In this document: positions 19,585-25,278 of the stretch, one piece after another
Position numbering within the stretch: the first letter of the stretch is position 1
Layout: each line of letters opens with the position of its first letter
NCBI GenBank assembly: GCA_963830915.1
Contig: CAWHOE010000029.1
Location: forward strand, 1 to 25,278
DNA from: a candidate division FCPU426 bacterium
Lineage (GTDB): Bacteria > Oederibacteriota > Muellerivitia > Muellerivitales > Muellerivitaceae
Direction: 5' to 3'
Length of the DNA stretch: 25,278 bases
Notes under the pieces: model-generated
Told to the model about the DNA's origin: nothing
What the model saw: only the letters and a program-made list of their open reading frames with translations
The model's database searches: none
Program-made: the position numbers and the translations under genes

Positions 19585-20594
19585 CCATGGAGATACTGAC
19601 ACGTGTTCACGCCAAAAAGCTGGTGGATTGGGCCAAGGACAAGCCCGAGGTGGTGGTGCTTTCGGCGGACCTGACCAGTTCCACTGAGGCCGACCTTTTC
19701 AAACAGGCCTACCCCCAGAGGTTCTTATCCATGGGGATCGCCGAACAGAACATGATGAGTTTCGCCGGCGGGATGGCCCGGGAGGGTTTCGTGCCGTTGG
19801 TACATACCTTCGGGGTTTTCATCTACCGCCGGGCTTATGACCAGATCGCCATGTCCATCGCCTATCCCAACTTACCAGTGAAGATGTTCGGGTTCCTGCC
19901 GGGGATACTCACTCCGGGCGGGGCGACCCACCAAGCCATCGAGGATATCTCGGTCATGAGGTCGCTCCCCAATATGACCATCCTGGAAGTGGGGGACGCT
20001 ACGGACGCTGAAACGGTCCTGGAGGCGGCTTACCAGATCCAAGGCCCGGTTTATGTGCGTACCTTGCGAGGAGAGATTCCCCGGCTGTTTGACGCCTCTG
20101 AACCGATGGAAGCGGGGAAAGCCAGGATATTGAGTGAGGGAGAGGATATCTCCATCCTGTCTTCCGGGATATGCACCGAGGAAGCCTTGAGAGCCGTGAC
20201 GGTCCTCAAGAAAAAAGGTCTTTCCGTCCAGCATCTTCATGTATCGACCCTGAAGCCCTTCAATGATCCTCAAGTTCTCGATGCTCTTGCCAAAAACTGG
20301 TATGGGGTTATCACCATTGAGAACCATTCGGTGGTCGGGGGACTAGGGACAGCGGCGGCCGAAATGATGGCGGAAGAAGGCTGCAGTCGCAAATTGGTAA
20401 GGCTGGGGATCCAGGATAGTTTCCTGCACGGGGCGAGCCGGCCGGTTCTGGCGCGAGAAAACCATATCGACGCTATGGCATTGGTGGAGGAAGTCGAGTG
20501 TTTGATCGGCGAGAAGTTCGGCATTACCGAGGCCGACCTAGGGTCCATCCATCTAACCCCTGTTCATAGTGATTCCAAAGCTGAGGCGCTATGA
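19581..20594 (+). CDS. Transketolase, C-terminal (pyrimidine-binding) subunit
   Basis: SADL, GIAEQNM, RAYDQI, GGATHQAIED, GPVYVR, ENHSVVGGLG. Overlaps both neighbouring genes. Alternative ATG at 19587. Confidence 0.92.
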   Translation: MTMEILTRVHAKKLVDWAKDKPEVVVLSADLTSSTEADLFKQAYPQRFLSMGIAEQNMMSFAGGMAREGFVPLVHTFGVFIYRRAYDQIAMSIAYPNLPVKMFGFLPGILTPGGATHQAIEDISVMRSLPNMTILEVGDATDAETVLEAAYQIQGPVYVRTLRGEIPRLFDASEPMEAGKARILSEGEDISILSSGICTEEALRAVTVLKKKGLSVQHLHVSTLKPFNDPQVLDALAKNWYGVITIENHSVVGGLGTAAAEMMAEEGCSRKLVRLGIQDSFLHGASRPVLARENHIDAMALVEEVECLIGEKFGITEADLGSIHLTPVHSDSKAEAL

Positions 20595-21763
20595 TGTCGA
20601 CCCATCCTTGTGATCATTCCTTTTGTTCTGGATGCGATCGTTTTGGAGCATGGTATAGACTGACCGGGGATAAAGGGACGGCCGAGGCCAAGGCGAAGGA
20701 TATATGCCTGGAACAGACGGTTGAATTCCCGGCGGACCTGGTACCCAAAGGATTCGTTCAGGATGAGGTTTTGGGCCGAGTCGAGGGTTTCGAAAGATGC
20801 TCCCCTCCCCCGGACGAAGCTTGGAAGGCGCTGATCACCTACCTGAACGCCGATACAGGTTCCGAACTGACCCAATTATTGAATGTTTTGTATGGGAACA
20901 TCAGTCTGAAAAAAGGTTTCCGTTTGGAGAGTTTGAAGGATTGCTGGAATCTCTGGGACAAGTTCAAGGGCCCACGCTTCGGTATCCGGGGATTGAGAGA
21001 ACTTCTCGGTATCCCTAAACGCCCGCTTCTTTGCACTGCCGTGAAACCCATGGGTTTGTCCGCGACCCAACTGGCGGACCTGGCCTACCGATTCGCCATG
21101 GGCGGGATCGATATCGTCAAGGACGATCATGGACTGGCCAATCAACCCTTCGCTAATTTCACCGAGAGGGTGGAACGGTGTTCCGAGGCGGTTCGGAAGG
21201 CTTCCGAGAAGATAGGGCGGAAAATACTCTACGCTCCCAACGTGACGGCTCCGGCAGGGGATCTGGAAAAAAGGGCGGCTTTCGCCAAGAAATACGGCGT
21301 TGGCGCGCTATTAGTTTGCCCCGGCCTGACCGGTTTCGATTCTATGAGGCTCCTGGCCGATGATGAGACTTTGAAACTCCCTATCTTGGGCCATCCCGCC
21401 TTCCTGGGAAGTTTCGTGACCAGTTCGGATAACGGAATAGCTCCTTACGCCATCTTCGGTCAGATCATGCGGCTGGCTGGGGCGGACGCGACCATATATC
21501 CCCATAGCGGGGGGCGGTTCGGCTTCTCCTTGGATGAATGCCGGCAGATCATGGAGGGAGCGAAGGTGCCTATGGGAAATCTGAAACCCATCTATCCAGC
21601 TCCCGGGGGCGGCATGAGCTTGAAACGCATCCCTGAATTGATGGAGTTTTACGGGAACGATGTGATGTTCCTGGTGGGCGGGGACCTGGTCAAGGTCAGC
21701 CCGGAAATCGAGAAAAACTGCCGAATGTTCTTGGAAATGGTGGGTGTAGATAGATTTATTTGA
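20591..21763 (+). CDS. RuBisCO-like protein (form IV, KDDH-type)
   Basis: EQTVE, FKGPRFGIRGLR, KPMGLS, GGIDIVKDDHG (KDDH rather than KDDE), YAPNVT, HPAF, RLAGAD, PGGG, GG. About 390 aa, with no recognisable loop-6 Lys of true RuBisCO. Confidence 0.92.
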   Translation: MMSTHPCDHSFCSGCDRFGAWYRLTGDKGTAEAKAKDICLEQTVEFPADLVPKGFVQDEVLGRVEGFERCSPPPDEAWKALITYLNADTGSELTQLLNVLYGNISLKKGFRLESLKDCWNLWDKFKGPRFGIRGLRELLGIPKRPLLCTAVKPMGLSATQLADLAYRFAMGGIDIVKDDHGLANQPFANFTERVERCSEAVRKASEKIGRKILYAPNVTAPAGDLEKRAAFAKKYGVGALLVCPGLTGFDSMRLLADDETLKLPILGHPAFLGSFVTSSDNGIAPYAIFGQIMRLAGADATIYPHSGGRFGFSLDECRQIMEGAKVPMGNLKPIYPAPGGGMSLKRIPELMEFYGNDVMFLVGGDLVKVSPEIEKNCRMFLEMVGVDRFI

Positions 21764-22057
21764 ATTTTAACTTTCCCGCTAGAACGCCTTCCGTGAAGAT
21801 CAACCTGATATAAATAATCGATTAATTTTGTGGCGAAATCCTGTCTGTTTTTTTCAATTAAGTCCTTACGCCCCCTGTTTTTCTAGAAAAATCGTTTTTA
21901 AAAACCCGAGTAAATTCACAAAAATCCACCTGGGGGGCTGATATTCAAACCGCGAACAATAAGGGATAATCCCAAAGTTAAACGGCATAACCTTTTTGAC
22001 CAGGAAGATTGTTTTTCTTGAGACGTTTTGCCTAATTTTTATGTATTGGAGGAAGTC

Positions 22058-23185
22058 ATGAGATTTAGTTACATGATCTTGGCTGTTTTGGGGTTGGCAG
22101 GTACGGCTATCCTGATGAATTCCTGCGGAAGCAGTCCCACGGCCCCCGCACCGACAGCCACCCCGGTCCCTCCGACGGCCACCAATACGGCTTGTATGGT
22201 GGGTGGTAATACCTGTACTTACACCGCCACCAATACCACCACGGATACGGCGACGGTCACCGATACACAAACGGCGACGAACAGTCCGACCCTTACCAAC
22301 ACACCAACGCAAACCATGACGCCCACCCTGACTATGACTCCCACTCAAACCCTGTCGCCGACCAACACCCTGCCTCCCACCAACACGGGGACGCCGACCA
22401 ATTCGCCGACCATCACTAACACGGTCATTTATACCGCGACCCTTTGCCCGACCCAAGTCTTCACCAATACCCCGGGCGCCAACGGTTATTCCATCTCCGG
22501 TAACGTGGATTACACGCCGGGAGGCGTGAGCGCTGCCCATCCTATTGAGGTGGCGGCTTTTGACCCAAGCGTCGGGGGTAATAATCCCGCTCATTGCATG
22601 GTCACGACCAATAACAGCACCTATACCATCAACGGTTTAGCCGATGGCACCAGCTATATGGTCGTCGCGGCTTATGGGGCTGCGATCACCGGATTCGTAT
22701 GGAATCCTCCGGTCGGGTCTTATGCCGCGCTTTACGGAACTTCTGGTTGCGCTTCGAGCTCGGCGCAACAGATTGTGGTGACTGGGGCGATGTCGGGTAA
22801 AAACATTTCCTTCGGCACGAGCAATGTCTTGAATGGATTCGAGGGAAAGGTTTATTACCAAGGGAGCTTGGGTAACGTAGATGGATGCCATGGGATCATC
22901 GTCGAGTCCTTCGCCGCAGGAACAGGCATCGGAGGTGTAAACACGGGAAATAACAATGGCGACTCCTACATCAATACGAATGGCGGGGTTTTCAACTTGA
23001 TCGGGGGAAGCGGGGGAGGGAGTGTTTGCGTCGGCAGTCAACAGGATATCCTTCTTTATTATGACGCGGCCAACGCGGGTTGCTGTAACATCCAGACCGG
23101 TGACCCGTACGTTTTCATGAGTTCCGCGAACTCAAGCACTTCGCTCATGACCCCGGTCACCATAACGGACACAAATATTTACTAA
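22058..23185 (+). CDS. Surface lipoprotein with Thr/Pro-rich stalk and two tandem Cys-containing beta domains
   Basis: GGAGG RBS and ATG 22058. Lipobox MNSC (Cys23), long TxTPT stretch, repeated domain ISGNVDY..GGVSAAHPIEV / FEGKVYY..GNVDGCHGIIV. Confidence 0.8.
   Translation: MRFSYMILAVLGLAGTAILMNSCGSSPTAPAPTATPVPPTATNTACMVGGNTCTYTATNTTTDTATVTDTQTATNSPTLTNTPTQTMTPTLTMTPTQTLSPTNTLPPTNTGTPTNSPTITNTVIYTATLCPTQVFTNTPGANGYSISGNVDYTPGGVSAAHPIEVAAFDPSVGGNNPAHCMVTTNNSTYTINGLADGTSYMVVAAYGAAITGFVWNPPVGSYAALYGTSGCASSSAQQIVVTGAMSGKNISFGTSNVLNGFEGKVYYQGSLGNVDGCHGIIVESFAAGTGIGGVNTGNNNGDSYINTNGGVFNLIGGSGGGSVCVGSQQDILLYYDAANAGCCNIQTGDPYVFMSSANSSTSLMTPVTITDTNIY
22220..22440 (+). repeat. Degenerate 18-nt (hexapeptide TxTxTx / TxTPTx) coding repeat
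   Basis: TNSPTL-TNTPTQ-TMTPTL-TMTPTQ-TLSPTN-TLPPTN-TGTPT, with ACN codons at regular spacing. Confidence 0.7.
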
Positions 23186-23203
23186 ACAGTTAGCATTACA
23201 TCG

Positions 23204-23234
23204 AGGCCCAGGCCGAAAGGCCGGGGCCTTTTTT
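23204..23234 (+). terminator. Rho-independent terminator after the lipoprotein gene
   Basis: AGGCCC-A-GGCC / GAAA / GGCC-G-GGGCCT hairpin followed by a T run. Confidence 0.88.
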
Positions 23235-23453
23235 GTTTCTGGGAATGGATGAGGTTATTCAACTCTTTGACCTGATTTAAAAGTCCGTGACTTCGCGTGG
23301 AGGATTCTTATCAGCGGTTTCTAGCCTGATTGCCAAGTTTAAACGTATAATCAACGATGCGGATAAAGCACACACGTTGATTTTAATGGTGTTCCTAGTG
23401 TACAAATGACGTCCTAACTGAGCGGGCAAGGCTGTCAGGAGAGAGCAGTTAAC

Positions 23454-24932
23454 ATGACCAATCCAAATGATACCTGGGGTTCTATTCTTAAGGACGAGAT
23501 ACCGTCCGACTGGGCCCAGGAGATCGATGAATACGAAGCCAAGATCAACCTTAACAAACAGGGCAAGATCGAACCCCGCATTTTCGCTGAGACCCGATTG
23601 CGCAGAGGTTCCTACGGCCAACGCTATGACAATGGCCAGCGTAATGACGGCAAACAGATCCGCAAACTGACCTATCCCAACCAAACCATCCTGAAGGGAC
23701 CAGATACCCTTTGGGACGCTCCGGGTATGCTTCGTATCAAGTTCCCCTGGGGTGGAATGACCGCCGAGCAAATGGAAGTTTTGGCCGATCTGGCGGAAGA
23801 ATATTCGGATGGTATCGCCCACATCACGACCCGTCAGGATTTCCAACTACATTTCACCCATGTGGAAGATACACCCGATTTGATGAGGCGCCTGGCGGCG
23901 GTAGGTATCACCACCCGGGAAGCCTGTGGTAATTCTGTTAGGAACGTGACCGCCTGTCCTATCGCAGGGGTTTGCCGTACCGAGGCTTTCGATGTGACAC
24001 CTTACGCCAAGGCCGTCTTTCGTTTCATGCTTGGCCATCCCGATGCCCAGGATTTTGGGCGCAAGTTCAAGATCGCTTTTTCCGGCTGTGAGCATGAAGC
24101 CTGCGGGTTGGTCAATCTTCACGATATGGGCTTCATCGCCAAATTGGCCAAAGGGAGCCAACGGCCCGTGTTCGACGCCTATGTGGGCGGCGGGTTGGGA
24201 CCGGTACCCTACAGCGCCAAGAAACTATTCGAGGACCTTCCGGTCGAGGAGATGCTACCCACCCTGCAAGCGGTGGCTAGGGTCTATGGAAGGTTAGGGG
24301 AGAAAAAAGTGCGCGGGATGGCCCGAATCAAGTTCCTGGTAGCCAAACTGGGCATTGAGGAATTCCGCCGTCTCGTGACCGTCGAAAGGGAAGGACTGAC
24401 CCATGACGTACGCTGGACCGGCCTGATCGAGGAGTTCACCAAGCAAACCGAGAAACCCCTTCGGGAAGCCCAGCCTCTGAAGGCCTCCGTCCTTCCCCCT
24501 GGTTTCTTAAAATGGCGTAAGACCAATACCAACCAACAACCCCAATACGGCTACGTGACCGTGACGGTGAAGGTGCCCTTGGGAGACCTGACGTCTACCC
24601 AACTGAGGGTCCTGGCCCTGATGGCGAGGGAATACGTGGCCGAGACCGTGCGGACCTCGGTGGAACAGAACCTTTTGTTCCGCTGGGTCAGCGAGGCGGA
24701 CCTTCCGGCTTTTTATGGGGATCTTCAGGCCGTCGGTCTGGCGGACCCGAACGCGGACACCATCGCGGATATCACCTCTTGTCCCGGCACGGACACCTGC
24801 AAGCTGGGCATTTCCGCCTCGAGAGGATTGGCTCGCGAGCTTTCCCAAAGGCTCGAGAAAATGATGGATGAGATGCCGGACGAGGTCAAAAAGCTGAAAC
24901 TCAAGGTCAGCGGATGTCCCAACACCCTGCGG
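23454..24932 (+). CDS. Ferredoxin-type nitrite/sulfite reductase hemoprotein, truncated at the last siroheme/4Fe-4S Cys motif
   Basis: Missing from the ORF track because the frame has no stop in the window. AGGAG RBS and ATG 23454. Motifs [67 protein letters not shown]. Confidence 0.9.
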
Positions 24933-24938
24933 AATCGC

Positions 24939-25278
24939 ATGATGATTCTGCTGATCGACAATTACGACTCCTTTACCTACAACCTGGTCCAACGGTTGGG
25001 CGAAATCGACCCATCGCTCGATTTGGAAGTCCATCGCAATGACCAGATTACGCTCGAGGAAATCGCTGCCCGGCGGCCGTCACACCTGATTATTTCGCCC
25101 GGCCCCTGCACACCTGATGAGGCAGGGATCTCGATCCCTTGCGTAGAACGCTTTGCGGGGAAAATCCCCTTGCTGGGGGTATGCCTTGGACACCAATCGA
25201 TCGGCCAGGCCTACGGCGGCAAGATCGTCCGCGGCGAGGTACGGTTGATGCACGGCAAGACCGACATGATCCCGGCCC
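24939..25278 (+). CDS. trpG: Class I glutamine amidotransferase TrpG/PabA (anthranilate/ADC synthase component II), runs off window
   Basis: [18 protein letters not shown]...RNDQIT...[27 protein letters not shown]...LMHGK. Same frame as the upstream reductase. Confidence 0.9.
   Translation, partial: MMILLIDNYDSFTYNLVQRLGEIDPSLDLEVHRNDQITLEEIAARRPSHLIISPGPCTPDEAGISIPCVERFAGKIPLLGVCLGHQSIGQAYGGKIVRGEVRLMHGKTDMIPA

Noticed and set aside
20591..21763. CO2-fixing RuBisCO
   Set aside because: KDDH instead of KDDE, short length, no recognisable loop-6 Lys, and no small subunit or PRK. This is a form IV RLP.
22220..22440. CRISPR-like or non-coding tandem repeat
   Set aside because: The periodicity is degenerate and explained by Thr/Pro codons. 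There are no identical repeats with spacers.
23300..23450. SAM riboswitch upstream of the nitrite/sulfite reductase (TTCTTATCAG start, hairpin AATCAACG/CGTTGATT)
   Set aside because: The remaining SAM-I core (GAGGGA, GCAACC, GGTGC) is absent, and the resemblance to SAM-II is too weak to call.
8743..25278. Genomic island or prophage integrated at the tRNA
   Set aside because: No integrase, transposase or phage genes, and I found no duplicate of the tRNA 3' end in the window.
23454..25278. Novel functional reductase-glutamine amidotransferase fusion enzyme
   Set aside because: The join removes the bridging Cys and the reductase C-terminus, and TrpG begins with its own Met. A chimera or deletion is more likely.

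Overview
Bacterial chromosomal window, GC-rich and almost all on the + strand. It opens with a 5'-truncated GH2 beta-mannosidase, then mutS2 (split by a 1-nt frameshift), dnaG, rpoD, a terminator and tRNA-CAT (probably Ile2). An accessory region follows: a 271-aa protein that looks like two fused, complementarily degenerate SpeD/AdoMet-decarboxylase domains; a Cys-rich PAS-like protein; two Fe-alcohol dehydrogenases (one frameshifted) flanking an LsrG/ABM-like gene; a Cys-rich protein coupled to a membrane-anchored GH127; small membrane proteins; a YwnB-like reductase; two lipoproteins; and an operon of a split transketolase with altered active-site motifs plus a KDDH-type RuBisCO-like protein. 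The window ends with a nitrite/sulfite reductase, absent from the ORF track, that runs abruptly in frame into TrpG/PabA at about 24930, probably a chimeric junction. The best novelty candidates are the two-domain SpeD-like protein and the transketolase-RLP operon. Three 1-nt indels at homopolymers suggest sequencing or assembly error. All family calls come from motif recognition by eye, not from database searches.
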